Made by a program: the position numbers and the translations under genes. 64,000 nucleotides of DNA. Origin: a virus. Lineage: Duplodnaviria > Caudoviricetes. Where the stretch lies: positions 3,162 through 67,161 of the IMG/VR virus record IMGVR_UViG_3300014205_000224. The stretch is one strand, 5' to 3'. The stretch's first letter is position 1, and every line of letters starts with the position of its first letter. Shown one piece after another: positions 9,002 through 18,779 of this stretch. The notes under the pieces were generated by a model. The model was not told where the DNA came from, ran no database searches, and was given only the letters and a program-made list of their open reading frames with translations.

Positions 9002-9296
9002 AATGTCAGAGAGAATGGGGAAGGACGAGTTCGAGATAGCATTGTCGTGGTACCTGTTTCTGATGTCCAAGGGCATACCGACGATGATAATTGAACGCAA
9101 GACATGCTTGGAGGTGTGGCGTGAAGGGACGTGTATGTTTGGCCATAGGGAATTGCCGAAGGGCGCTGTATCACACGCTTTTAGAATTCCTGAAGAAGTT
9201 GTTAGAACCACTGAAGCAAGAGCCCACATTGACAATAGCAATAAAGTTGCTGGTGGCGGCAGTACTAATAAGGTTGTTATATCTTTTAGGGAATAG
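8988..9296 (+). CDS. Hypothetical protein
   Basis: Tiling ORF. Confidence 0.5.
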   Translation: MELFRMSERMGKDEFEIALSWYLFLMSKGIPTMIIERKTCLEVWREGTCMFGHRELPKGAVSHAFRIPEEVVRTTEARAHIDNSNKVAGGGSTNKVVISFRE

Positions 9297-9299
9297 CCG

Positions 9300-9980
9300 A
9301 TGATAAACGGGACAGAGCAAAAGATAATAGAGGAAATGACGAGCATTGAGTGGGAATTTCACAAGAAACTGAGGGACTGCTGGGAGGCGTACCTGCTGGC
9401 GTCCACAGGCAATAAGGAAATGAAGGGCAGATACAGGCACGCACTGGGGAATGAAGTCAGCCAGGACTGGGTAGATCACCCGGCGCTGACTGTCTGGGGA
9501 TGGTCGGAAGGGAAGCGCAAGTGCATACATCTATGGATAGCGGAGAAGTTTGATGTTACGGAGTTGATCAGAACCGTGGCCCATGAGATGGCGCACCAGA
9601 TGGGCAAGCGCTGCAAGACCAAGAGGCAGGAAGAGATCAAGGCTACCAATATAGAGATGATCGCGCTGATGGCGTATTTGCTGGCCATGGGGTACGAGAA
9701 GAAGCAGCGGGTGACAAAGAGGGACAATAAGTCCAAGCTAAGATACAAGCACACGAATATTAATCAGGGCAAGTGCCGGGATTGTTCCAAGCCGGCAGTC
9801 AGGAACAAGCACCATTGTGAAGAACATATCAAGAAGGCGGCGGAAAGAAACAAACGCTTGCGGGCAAAGCGAAAGGCGGCAGGGCAGTGTATTAGGTGTG
9901 GGAATAATTTGCTTGTCGATGCTGACGGAGCCAATGTATCCTGCATCAACTGCACAATGGTCAGGAAACTATACTTTTGA
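9300..9980 (+). CDS. Protein with an HExxH motif and C-terminal zinc fingers
   Basis: VAHEMAHQMG; CRDC...CEEH; CIRC...CINC. Confidence 0.6.
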   Translation: MINGTEQKIIEEMTSIEWEFHKKLRDCWEAYLLASTGNKEMKGRYRHALGNEVSQDWVDHPALTVWGWSEGKRKCIHLWIAEKFDVTELIRTVAHEMAHQMGKRCKTKRQEEIKATNIEMIALMAYLLAMGYEKKQRVTKRDNKSKLRYKHTNINQGKCRDCSKPAVRNKHHCEEHIKKAAERNKRLRAKRKAAGQCIRCGNNLLVDADGANVSCINCTMVRKLYF

Positions 9981-9990
9981 GAGGTGAGAA

Positions 9991-10836
9991 ATGGAGATAA
10001 TCAAATCTAAGGTTGCCAAGGACTATAATCTGTTGCTTTTCAGCGACATACATTATGGGACGAAGCTGTACTCGGCTGCTGCGCTGGGAGAGTTGATAGA
10101 AACCCTAAGCAAGCCAGGTACATACGGAATCTGCGGTGGAGACTGGATTGACGCGATAACAACGGACGACAAGCGGTATGATGATGTGAGTATGGGGCTG
10201 AAGCCGTCTGAGCAACGGGACCATGTGATTAAGTTCTTCACGCCGGTACGGAACAAATTGCTGGGCGGACTGATGGGTAACCATGAGCTGAAGCTGCACA
10301 GGGTCGGGGACATGGCCAAGGAGATCTGCCACGGCCTGGACATCCCATATGGAACCTACTCCTCAATCTTCGAGATGTATGACAAGAACGGGTTGCAGTT
10401 CAAACTCTTCTACACCCATGGCCGGCATCTGTTCACGTCCAATGCCAAGGACCCGGAGCAGAAGGAAGCCAACATGAAGGCAGCCTTGAAGATGACCCTG
10501 AAGATGAAGTTTGCGGATTGCCTGGTAATGGCCCACGCGCATTGCCATAAGCTGCTGGTGGTCCCCCCGTCCCGCGAACTGTACCTTACCGCAGAAACCG
10601 TTGAAGGCCGGAAGAAGATAGTACAGCATTATATGGAGACAGGAGACGTGAACCCCACATACATACCCCCTGATAACCGCTATTACTGTGCGACGGGGTC
10701 GTTCCTTCGCTTGTTCAGAATGGGAGCGTCAGGATATGGCGAGGTATTCGGCTACGATCCGATCCCCCTCGGCTGGGTTGAAATGCGTGTTCGTGATGGA
10801 AAGGTATTCGACGTAACCAAGAGAGAGGTGAATTAA
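9991..10836 (+). CDS. Calcineurin-like metallophosphoesterase
   Basis: SDIHYG, GGDWID, MGNHE, THG and AHAH motifs. Confidence 0.85.
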   Translation: MEIIKSKVAKDYNLLLFSDIHYGTKLYSAAALGELIETLSKPGTYGICGGDWIDAITTDDKRYDDVSMGLKPSEQRDHVIKFFTPVRNKLLGGLMGNHELKLHRVGDMAKEICHGLDIPYGTYSSIFEMYDKNGLQFKLFYTHGRHLFTSNAKDPEQKEANMKAALKMTLKMKFADCLVMAHAHCHKLLVVPPSRELYLTAETVEGRKKIVQHYMETGDVNPTYIPPDNRYYCATGSFLRLFRMGASGYGEVFGYDPIPLGWVEMRVRDGKVFDVTKREVN

Positions 10837-11189
10837 TGAAGGAAAAGGCGAAAGTAACAGAGAAGGACTTTGAGCTATTCAAGAGTGAGTGTGAGAGATG
10901 GATAAAGAAGCTGGGCTGCACGAACTATGAATTCAGGTACCACTTTGAGGATATTAAGGATGATGATGGCAAGGCCCGTGTTGATGCCACGTCCCGTACC
11001 ATAGACATCCACCTGGACAACAAGAAGCTCAACAGTCCCGTGGAACTCATAGCCAAGCATGAGGTAATTGAGGCGGTTCTATTCGCCAATGTTGAGTGTA
11101 TGATTATAGGATGGACGAATGATCTTCTCAAGGCACTAGAGCCCGAGATCCATAACTCAGTGCGCATCCTAGAGAAAGCGCTGGAATAA
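10836..11189 (+). CDS. Hypothetical protein (HE motif, possible zincin-like)
   Basis: IAKHEVIE; coupled to the upstream gene. Confidence 0.6.
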   Translation: MKEKAKVTEKDFELFKSECERWIKKLGCTNYEFRYHFEDIKDDDGKARVDATSRTIDIHLDNKKLNSPVELIAKHEVIEAVLFANVECMIIGWTNDLLKALEPEIHNSVRILEKALE

Positions 11190-11193
11190 GGGC

Positions 11194-11223
11194 TTGACTT
11201 TCTGGGGAAGTTGAGCTTATAAT
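11194..11223 (+). promoter_or_regulatory. Sigma70 promoter for the packaging/morphogenesis operon
   Basis: TTGACT-18 nt-TATAAT. Confidence 0.65.
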
Positions 11224-11242
11224 GTTCTGGCAGGAGGAACAG

Positions 11243-11413
11243 ATGTTAGGCAGACATGTGAACCCGAAGACGGGCAAGGTGGAATGGGCATTATTGTCTA
11301 CCTCGAAGCCGGGAAAGGTGCTGCAATACTTTGGCAGCAAGAAGCCGTCCCCTGCAACGGTGGCGAAAGCTGAGTCACGAGTTGAGATGTTCAAGCACAT
11401 GAAGAAGAGGTAG
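11243..11413 (+). CDS. Small basic hypothetical protein
   Basis: GGAGG RBS then MLGRHVNPKTGK... Confidence 0.6.
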   Translation: MLGRHVNPKTGKVEWALLSTSKPGKVLQYFGSKKPSPATVAKAESRVEMFKHMKKR

Positions 11414-11414
11414 T

Positions 11415-11933
11415 ATGCCTGTATTGAGAAAGAAAGCACGCCGGGGATGGAAAGATCCCAAGGCGGAGGACAGCGTCCTAGTCCCAGTCAAGAAACTCGA
11501 GACCATCGAGCAACGCATGGCCTTCGAGGAGTTCTGGAACATGGGGGACGCCCGCACCCAGGAGAAGATAGCGGACAAGATTGACCGCAATATCAATACG
11601 ATTAAGAAATGGTACCGGGAATTTGGCTGGGCCGAACGAGTACGAGAGCGTCAGGAACGGCTCCTTGATCGTCTCCTTCTGGAAACAGAAGAGGAGACCG
11701 TGAAGACAAAGAAGTTGTTCCTGAGCATCATCAAGAAAGCAGCGGAGAACTCATGCGAGACAGACCCGGATGGGAACATCACCGCTACGAAGATAACTCC
11801 CAAGAATGTTATTGAACTGAAGATCCTGCATGAATTCTACAATGAAGTCCTCGGTGTGAGCAGTGGCAATGGGAGAGTCACTCAGCAGGGCAACACCAAC
11901 ATAGCAAAAGCAACGTTTATCATCAAGAAGTAA
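11415..11933 (+). CDS. terS: Terminase small subunit
   Basis: HTH-like segment (IADKIDRNINTIKKWYREFGWAER) directly upstream of the large subunit. Confidence 0.7.
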   Translation: MPVLRKKARRGWKDPKAEDSVLVPVKKLETIEQRMAFEEFWNMGDARTQEKIADKIDRNINTIKKWYREFGWAERVRERQERLLDRLLLETEEETVKTKKLFLSIIKKAAENSCETDPDGNITATKITPKNVIELKILHEFYNEVLGVSSGNGRVTQQGNTNIAKATFIIKK

Positions 11934-11955
11934 ATCCAACTAGGTACGGTGAATA

Positions 11956-13431
11956 ATGGAAGGCACACCCGCATTCAACAGGGTATTCGACTATTCCGAA
12001 GCCCCCACTATCAAGCGCTTCAACAAGTCCGATAAGTTCTTTCGGATGCTGATGGGTCCGTTTGGGTCCGGGAAGACGTCAGGGTGTGTGGCAGAGATAG
12101 TGGATAAGGGAATTACTCAGAAGCCGAACCAGCAGGGGCTGAGGCGAACAAGGTGGGCAGTAGTCCGTAATACCTATGTCCAGTTGAAGGACACGACCAT
12201 CAAAACCTTCTTTGAATGGCTACCTCCTGACTACTTTGGCACCTATAATGTCACCGACCACAAGTATCTCATCAACAAGATCGGCCAGTTGGAAGATGGC
12301 AGTACCCCCGAAATAGAAATCATCTTCAGGGCACTCGACAAGCCCGAACACATACGAAACCTGCTGTCCCTTGAACTCACGGGGGCATATTTTAATGAAG
12401 CAAGAGAAATACCTTGGGTAATCATAGAGGCGATGGAAGGCCGTGTTCGACGTTATCCTTCCATGATGGACGGCGGGTTCACCTGGTCAGGCATTATTGC
12501 TGATACCAACCCTCCTCCGACAGATCACTGGATCTATAAACTATTTGAGGAGAAGGTGTATGCGGACCCGCAAATTGCGACTAGATACGAACTATTCCGC
12601 CAGCCGTCAGGAAGATCGAAGAAAGCAGAGAACATCAGAAATCTTGCGCCGGGGTATTATACAGAACTCGCAATCGGAAAAGACCCGGATTATATTAAAG
12701 TCTATATCGACGGAGACTATGGATACCTCAAAGACGGCAAACCTGTGTTTGGTAATTATAATGATACCTTGCATTGCAGTGAGACAACTATTGAGGCTGT
12801 TAAGGCATACCCTCTGCTCCTTGGCTTCGACTTTGGACTTACGCCGGCCTGTGTAGTGGCGCAGTATGATCATAAGGGCCGGTTCAATATACTGAAGGAG
12901 TTCTATGACGACGACATGGGGTTGACCAACTTCATGAAGAACATTGTCAAGCCGTACATGTTCAGCAAGTACCAGGGGTTTCAAATCATGGTAACAGGGG
13001 ACCCGGCTGGCGCAACCCGCTCTGATACCGATGAGAGGACCTGTTTCCAGATACTCAAGGCAAACGGCTTCCCGCCTGTGCCCGCGCCGTCCAATGCGCT
13101 GATGGCCAGGTACAATTCCGTGGATATGCTGCTAACGAAACTGATCGAAGGCAAGCCGGCGTTTCAACTCTCCGGTCCCGATTGTCCAATACTCCGCAAG
13201 GGCTTCCAGGGCGAATACAAGTTGAAGAAGAAAGCCAGGTTTGGCGATGATATATACGCCGACATTCCGTTCAAGAACGAATACTCGCATCTTCAGGATG
13301 CATTGCAATATGTGTGCTTATTGATAGACTCGGGGATGAAGCCGACCAGGTATACCCTTGGCTCGGAAAGTGTGATGAGAAGGTCGGTTGTAACTTCCGG
13401 CCCCAGAAGGTCGCTTGAAGCCTGGGTGTAA
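11956..13431 (+). CDS. terL: Terminase large subunit
   Basis: GPFGSGKT Walker A, YFNEARE Walker B, GFDFGLTPA nuclease motif, SHLQDALQY. Confidence 0.95.
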   Translation: MEGTPAFNRVFDYSEAPTIKRFNKSDKFFRMLMGPFGSGKTSGCVAEIVDKGITQKPNQQGLRRTRWAVVRNTYVQLKDTTIKTFFEWLPPDYFGTYNVTDHKYLINKIGQLEDGSTPEIEIIFRALDKPEHIRNLLSLELTGAYFNEAREIPWVIIEAMEGRVRRYPSMMDGGFTWSGIIADTNPPPTDHWIYKLFEEKVYADPQIATRYELFRQPSGRSKKAENIRNLAPGYYTELAIGKDPDYIKVYIDGDYGYLKDGKPVFGNYNDTLHCSETTIEAVKAYPLLLGFDFGLTPACVVAQYDHKGRFNILKEFYDDDMGLTNFMKNIVKPYMFSKYQGFQIMVTGDPAGATRSDTDERTCFQILKANGFPPVPAPSNALMARYNSVDMLLTKLIEGKPAFQLSGPDCPILRKGFQGEYKLKKKARFGDDIYADIPFKNEYSHLQDALQYVCLLIDSGMKPTRYTLGSESVMRRSVVTSGPRRSLEAWV

Positions 13432-13442
13432 AGGAGTGTCCT

Positions 13443-15515
13443 ATGCCTATTGAAGTATTATCGAACAAGCAAATAGACGAACGTGAGAAGCAGGAGAACG
13501 CCACTTTCGAAGAGACCATGAAAATCGGAAGTGAGGAAGACAAAGAAACTACACTCTCCGAACTTGCCATGCACGTGAAGGCTTGCTGGGATGAGGCCAA
13601 GACACACAAAGAACAAGGTGCCGAGAAACAGATCCTGGCCAACATGCGACAGATTGAAGGCATGTATCCTACAGAGAAACTCGCAGCCATCAAGCGCATA
13701 GGCGGGTCCGAGGTATTCATGATGATCACGGATGCCAAGTGCAAGAACGCTGAAGCATGGGTCCACGATCTCCTCTTCCAGCCCGCCCAGAGACCCTGGT
13801 CCATATCCCCTACGCCACTGCCCGACCTTCCCGATTACATCAAAGAAGAAGTCTATGCCGAGATCATGTCAGAAACCATGATGGGCATTCAGGAAGTCAT
13901 GCAGACCATGGGGCCGGTAATTGATCCTGCTCCGATAATCCAGGCTGTCCAATCTAAAATGCCCGAGATTGAAGACTCTGTCCGTGACGCCATGGCAGAC
14001 AAAGCCAGACAGATGGGCGACAAGATAGAGCTAGTGGTTCATGATAAACTGACTGAGGGCAAATGGTATGATGCGCTGAATGACTGTATACCGAATATAA
14101 TCATGCATACAGGGTTCCTGAAGGGACCGATCCTTCGCAAGTGTCCGGTCCTCAAAGTCAAGACAGACAAGGCAACAGGGAAATTGAGCAAAGTATCAGA
14201 TACACGGCTGGTCATGGAGTTCGAATCACGCCACCCCCGGTTCATATACCCTGCTCCTGGGGCCACGGACCTCAACGATGGGTACCTGATTGACCGCATA
14301 CAGATGACGCCCTTGGACCTGCAATCCCTGCTCAATGTCCCCGGCTATCGCAAGGATGAAATAGAAAAGGTCCTTAGTGAGTACGAGGAGAAGAAACTGG
14401 GCGAGTGGCTGAATGTGGACAGGGAACTGTCCGAGATGAACAAGGAACGGGATACTTTCATCGCTGATTCTGACCGGATAGACTGCCTGGAATTCTGGGG
14501 TGCTATCAAAGGCAAATGGTTGCAGGACTATGGGGTCAAGAAGAAGCAGGTGCCCAAGGAAGATCACTGGTACCCGGCGATAATATACTACATCAATGGA
14601 CATATCATCAAGGCGTCGTTCAACAAGGACCCCCTTGGCCGCAACATATTCTACAAGTCATCGTTCGAGAATAAGGATGGAGTTTTCTGGGGACGTGGGC
14701 TGCCCGAGGTAATCGCTGATGTTCAATCAGTCTGTAACGCAGCAGCCCGTGCTATAGTCAACAACGTTGGAATTGCGTCAGGGCCCCAGGTCGAGCGCAA
14801 CATAGACAGAATCCCTCCAGAGATCATGGCAGACAAAGACATGGTCCCGTGGAAAGTATGGGATGTCAATGAGTCCACCATGTCCTCGGCCCCGGCCCTG
14901 ACCTTCTATCAGCCGCCTATGGTGGTTGAGAAACTGTTGCAGGTATACACATCCTTCTCCAAGATCGCTGATGAGCATTCGGGCGTGCCCGCATATGCGC
15001 ATGGAGATCCTCAGGTCGGGGGTGCAGGCAACACTGCATCCGGCCTCTCCATGCTTATGGGTTCCGCCGCCAAGGGCATCCGTAGTCTGGTGTCCAAGAT
15101 AGACCACAATATCATTGCTGAGTCAGTCAAGCGCGAGTACGAGTTCCTTGTTGAGAAAGAGGAGTTCTATGGCTTGATTGTGGACTATGAGATAGTGGCA
15201 TCGGGTTCAACAGCGGCCCTCATGCGTGAACAGCAGTCAGTTCGACGCAATGAGTTCCTCAACCTTACCAGCAATCCTCTCGATATACAAATCGTTGGAC
15301 TGGAGTTCCGCAGACAGTTGCTTGAGGAGCAGGCCAAGTACCTGGGATTCGATACCAGCAAGTTCCCCAAGTCTGTACCCCAGCCGCAAATGGCACCACA
15401 AGAAGGACAACCCGGAGCGTTACCTGGACAGGAACCGCCCCCGGAAGCGCCGGCACCTGTAGACGCAGCAGGAAACCCTGGTTCCGGCCAAGATACAAGA
15501 ACGTTTAATCAATAG
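13443..15515 (+). CDS. Portal protein
   Basis: 690 aa directly after TerL; FWGRGLPE, IASGPQ and GNTASGLSMLM motifs typical of podoviral portals. Confidence 0.9.
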   Translation: MPIEVLSNKQIDEREKQENATFEETMKIGSEEDKETTLSELAMHVKACWDEAKTHKEQGAEKQILANMRQIEGMYPTEKLAAIKRIGGSEVFMMITDAKCKNAEAWVHDLLFQPAQRPWSISPTPLPDLPDYIKEEVYAEIMSETMMGIQEVMQTMGPVIDPAPIIQAVQSKMPEIEDSVRDAMADKARQMGDKIELVVHDKLTEGKWYDALNDCIPNIIMHTGFLKGPILRKCPVLKVKTDKATGKLSKVSDTRLVMEFESRHPRFIYPAPGATDLNDGYLIDRIQMTPLDLQSLLNVPGYRKDEIEKVLSEYEEKKLGEWLNVDRELSEMNKERDTFIADSDRIDCLEFWGAIKGKWLQDYGVKKKQVPKEDHWYPAIIYYINGHIIKASFNKDPLGRNIFYKSSFENKDGVFWGRGLPEVIADVQSVCNAAARAIVNNVGIASGPQVERNIDRIPPEIMADKDMVPWKVWDVNESTMSSAPALTFYQPPMVVEKLLQVYTSFSKIADEHSGVPAYAHGDPQVGGAGNTASGLSMLMGSAAKGIRSLVSKIDHNIIAESVKREYEFLVEKEEFYGLIVDYEIVASGSTAALMREQQSVRRNEFLNLTSNPLDIQIVGLEFRRQLLEEQAKYLGFDTSKFPKSVPQPQMAPQEGQPGALPGQEPPPEAPAPVDAAGNPGSGQDTRTFNQ

Positions 15516-15524
15516 GAGGTTACG

Positions 15525-15878
15525 ATGGCAAACGCATTAACTTCAAGTACGGGGGTTGTAACAGGAACGTCTGTGGTAGCTTTTGATGTTTCCCGGATTC
15601 CAGGCAAGGCAGCGCTTCTGGCCACCTATGCGCTTGGAACGCTTGGCACATCGGCACTGATCGCAATGTCAGCCAAGTCCGACTTTGGCACGAACAAGTA
15701 TTCCTATGCCAATGCGGAGTATGGGACATTCGCCCAGAAGTCCATGCTGCTGAATGCTTCCGGCAGTTACATCATTCCGATCACAGTGACACAGACAATT
15801 AAGTCGCTGATCATTGATGTGACCTATACTGGTGGCTCCAATGCCCAGACGCTGGCTCTTGATATTCTTTCAGAATAG
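15525..15878 (+). CDS. Putative virion structural protein
   Basis: GGAGG RBS; beta-rich; lies after the portal. Confidence 0.6.
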   Translation: MANALTSSTGVVTGTSVVAFDVSRIPGKAALLATYALGTLGTSALIAMSAKSDFGTNKYSYANAEYGTFAQKSMLLNASGSYIIPITVTQTIKSLIIDVTYTGGSNAQTLALDILSE

Positions 15879-15886
15879 GGGGTTAC

Positions 15887-16261
15887 ATGTCCCTGACTAT
15901 TTCATCTGCCGGCGGGGGAAACCTCGACTGGGTTGATAACGTGGCTACCTACCACGCGTCCGCGCACGGGTTTGGCGGGCTGATCTTCATTGACTATACC
16001 AAGGGTGATGAGGATGGCATGGAGGTGGCGATTGAATGCCGGTCCAAGGGCATGGGACTGACTACGTACTATCAGTATGTGTCGGTCAATTCATCGACGC
16101 GGATACTGTCGGCCTTGGCGTACATCATCCAAGCAACTGGCAAGTACCGCATCCCTGTAACATGGACGACGGAAGAGGATGAGCTGCGCTTCACAATCAC
16201 ACAGTATGGCAATATCACAGCAACAGGAACAGTAACACTTGACTTCAGAGAGGCGAACTAA
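15887..16261 (+). CDS. Putative virion structural protein
   Basis: Beta-rich 124-aa ORF in the structural operon. Confidence 0.6.
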   Translation: MSLTISSAGGGNLDWVDNVATYHASAHGFGGLIFIDYTKGDEDGMEVAIECRSKGMGLTTYYQYVSVNSSTRILSALAYIIQATGKYRIPVTWTTEEDELRFTITQYGNITATGTVTLDFREAN

Positions 16262-16566
16262 TGTTTACTCCAGTAGAGAAATTTGGGATTCCGGTCATCG
16301 CAGGGGATCAGATCATACTGCCGAGAGTTGGCAAGAAACTCGAGGACCAGCTGATTAACATGGGCGTGCAGTTTGCCAAGATCGACATCAAGGGACTGAA
16401 TATCGGGATGATACAGAAGAAGTTCATTGTGAAGTTCATATATACTGTACCGTTCTGGGTGTTCCTCATTCCATTCCCCGAACGGCGCAAGTCAAGAATA
16501 GCAAAGGAAATCAAACGGGTATTCAGTGAAGTATACAAGGAACTGCTTGAAGAATTCATGGGGTAG
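16261..16566 (+). CDS. Hypothetical protein
   Basis: Coupled ORF. Confidence 0.6.
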   Translation: MFTPVEKFGIPVIAGDQIILPRVGKKLEDQLINMGVQFAKIDIKGLNIGMIQKKFIVKFIYTVPFWVFLIPFPERRKSRIAKEIKRVFSEVYKELLEEFMG

Positions 16567-16569
16567 ACT

Positions 16570-16725
16570 ATGACTTATCCTGGGGATGGACAATATGACA
16601 TATATGAAGTACCTGGCGAAGAAAGTGGAACTGGCTCTGGTTCCGGGAATTCTCCTAATCTTGATGGAGGGATGCCTGATACTGAATACGGCGGCGTAAC
16701 TGCCATTGACGCTGGAGGTGTGTAG
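16570..16725 (+). CDS. 51-aa acidic Gly-rich peptide (NLDGG...YGG...IDAGGV)
   Basis: Manual translation; TAG overlaps the GTG start of the tail fibre. Confidence 0.6.
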   Translation: MTYPGDGQYDIYEVPGEESGTGSGSGNSPNLDGGMPDTEYGGVTAIDAGGV

Positions 16726-18770
16726 TGGCTGTTCAAATACAATTACGCAGGGGTACTGAGACGCAATGGACGACTGCTGATCCCACGCTGGCATCAGGTG
16801 AGGTTGGCATTACTATTGATGGAGGTACCAACAGCGGGAAGTTCAAGATAGGGACCGGGACACAGGCTTGGTCTGCACTGGGATATGTCGGCGGATTCGG
16901 GAGTTCTGGAACTAGTGGAAGCAGCGGAACAAGTGGCAACTCAGGATCTTCCGGGTCTAGCGGAGTATCTGGAACCGATGGTTCGTCTGGGACTAGCGGA
17001 AGCTCAGGTAATACTGGGACATCCGGTAGCTCTGGAACATCTGGGAATTCAGGATCGTCTGGCACATCAGGCGCGGATGGAACTTCGGGGACTAGTGGGA
17101 ACAGTGGTACATCAGGTTCCTCCGGCACAAGTGGGAACAGTGGATCAAGCGGATCAAGTGGAACATCAGGTACAGATGGATCAAGTGGAACCTCTGGTAA
17201 CACAGGTACTTCAGGGTCCAGCGGAACATCCGGGATTGATGGTACATCTGGATCGTCAGGAACCAGCGGCGCTAATGGCGCAGCAGGAACCAGTGGTACC
17301 AGCGGGATAGATGGCTCTAGTGGGTCCAGTGGGACAAGCGGATCGGACGGATCTTCAGGGTCTTCAGGTAATACAGGTAGCTCTGGATCATCAGGCACAA
17401 GCGGAACAGGCGTAACATCAGGTACTTCAGGTGCTGATGGATCGTCTGGCACATCTGGTGCAGCAGGGTCATCTGGAAGTAGTGGCTCATCAGGATCTGA
17501 TGGATCGTCAGGAAGTAGTGGGACAACGGGTGCGGCTGGTTCGTCTGGTTCAAGTGGTACTTCAGGTACTGGCGGAGCAAGTGGCGGTGGAGCAACCAAA
17601 GACATCACCCAGGCATCGCATGGGTTCAGTGTTGGAACAGTTCTTCGTACCACGGGAACATCATACACGGGCGCTCAGGCAGATAGTGCAGAGAACGCAG
17701 AATCGGTTGGCATGGTCAGTTCGTCCTCTGGGGCAAATGACTTTACGCTGCTGAACGTTGGGTACGTCAGCGGAATGACCAGCCTTACAGCTGGGTCCGT
17801 CTACTTCCTGTCGCCTTCAACAGCCGGAGCAATTACAGCAACCGAGCCTACCACAGAGGGCCAGATCTCCAAGCCGGTGTTCGTGGCGGATAGTACAACC
17901 TCCGGGTACTTCTTCAACTTCCGTGGGTCCGAGGTTGGCGCAGGGTCCCTGTCCTATATCAAGACGTTTGTGAACGGAGATCTCTCAACTGGTGTTCTGA
18001 CTGTAACGCATAACTTCGGGAATCAGTATTGTTCTGTCACAGTCATCGACAACAACGGAAATGTTGTTATCCCCGATGAGATTACATATTCGTCCTCAAC
18101 AGCACTGACTGTTACACTGACAACTTTCGGGGCTATATCTGGGACCTGGCGTGTTGTTGTGCTGGACTCTGGTGCTGGTACGTCCGTTGATACTGTATCT
18201 GACACTGCATATGGAACCGGGTGGAATGGGGTTGTGACTACAGCACCTAGCAACAACGCGGTGTACGATGCACTGCCCCAGACGTTGGTTACTGCTGCTG
18301 GGGATATACTGTATGGAACCGCTGCGAATGCATTGACAAAACTGGCTGCTGGGACGGCCAATGTAAACAAAAAGTTGTTCGTAGGGACATCGGGCGGTAC
18401 AATAGAATGGTCGTCTGGGGTTAAATTTATTGCTACTACGAAGGATATTTCCCTGGACGCAGATTGGGCTATTACCGGAGTAGGGTTTAAACCTAGTTGG
18501 GTTATGGCCATAGTTGGAGCCGACCCTATTGGATACGCATCTATAGGTTTCTCTTCAGTAGATGGAGATGGTTCATGGGCTAATGATTATATGCAAAGTG
18601 ACGCAAACTCCAATATAGTTGGGGCGTATCTATATCTACTTAAAACAGACACAGGTGTGTACAACCTTGCAGTAGTGAAATCATGGGATGCGGATGGAAT
18701 AACCCTAGACCTTACAAAGGGCGGCTCTCCTACAGGAACTGTTGCTGTTAAACTTTTATTTGGACGATAA
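16725..18770 (+). CDS. Tail fibre: Mtd_N-like N-terminus, Gly-Ser/Thr-Ser collagen-like stalk, C-terminal tip domain
   Basis: MAVQIQLRRGT..QWT.ADPTLA.GE.G...KFKIG.G...W..L.Y; about 75 G-X-Y triplets. Confidence 0.85.
   Translation: MAVQIQLRRGTETQWTTADPTLASGEVGITIDGGTNSGKFKIGTGTQAWSALGYVGGFGSSGTSGSSGTSGNSGSSGSSGVSGTDGSSGTSGSSGNTGTSGSSGTSGNSGSSGTSGADGTSGTSGNSGTSGSSGTSGNSGSSGSSGTSGTDGSSGTSGNTGTSGSSGTSGIDGTSGSSGTSGANGAAGTSGTSGIDGSSGSSGTSGSDGSSGSSGNTGSSGSSGTSGTGVTSGTSGADGSSGTSGAAGSSGSSGSSGSDGSSGSSGTTGAAGSSGSSGTSGTGGASGGGATKDITQASHGFSVGTVLRTTGTSYTGAQADSAENAESVGMVSSSSGANDFTLLNVGYVSGMTSLTAGSVYFLSPSTAGAITATEPTTEGQISKPVFVADSTTSGYFFNFRGSEVGAGSLSYIKTFVNGDLSTGVLTVTHNFGNQYCSVTVIDNNGNVVIPDEITYSSSTALTVTLTTFGAISGTWRVVVLDSGAGTSVDTVSDTAYGTGWNGVVTTAPSNNAVYDALPQTLVTAAGDILYGTAANALTKLAAGTANVNKKLFVGTSGGTIEWSSGVKFIATTKDISLDADWAITGVGFKPSWVMAIVGADPIGYASIGFSSVDGDGSWANDYMQSDANSNIVGAYLYLLKTDTGVYNLAVVKSWDADGITLDLTKGGSPTGTVAVKLLFGR
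16899..17591 (+). repeat. Coding Gly-X-Y repeat (GSS/GTS/GNS), about 230 aa
   Basis: Near-perfect period-3 Gly with one clear interruption (VTS). Confidence 0.95.
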
Positions 18771-18779
18771 GGAGCAACC

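Noticed and set aside
16733-17668. 311-aa Pro/Asp-rich minus-strand ORF, and similar ones at 19518, 19995 and 30353
   Set aside because: Antisense shadows of the GSS repeats.
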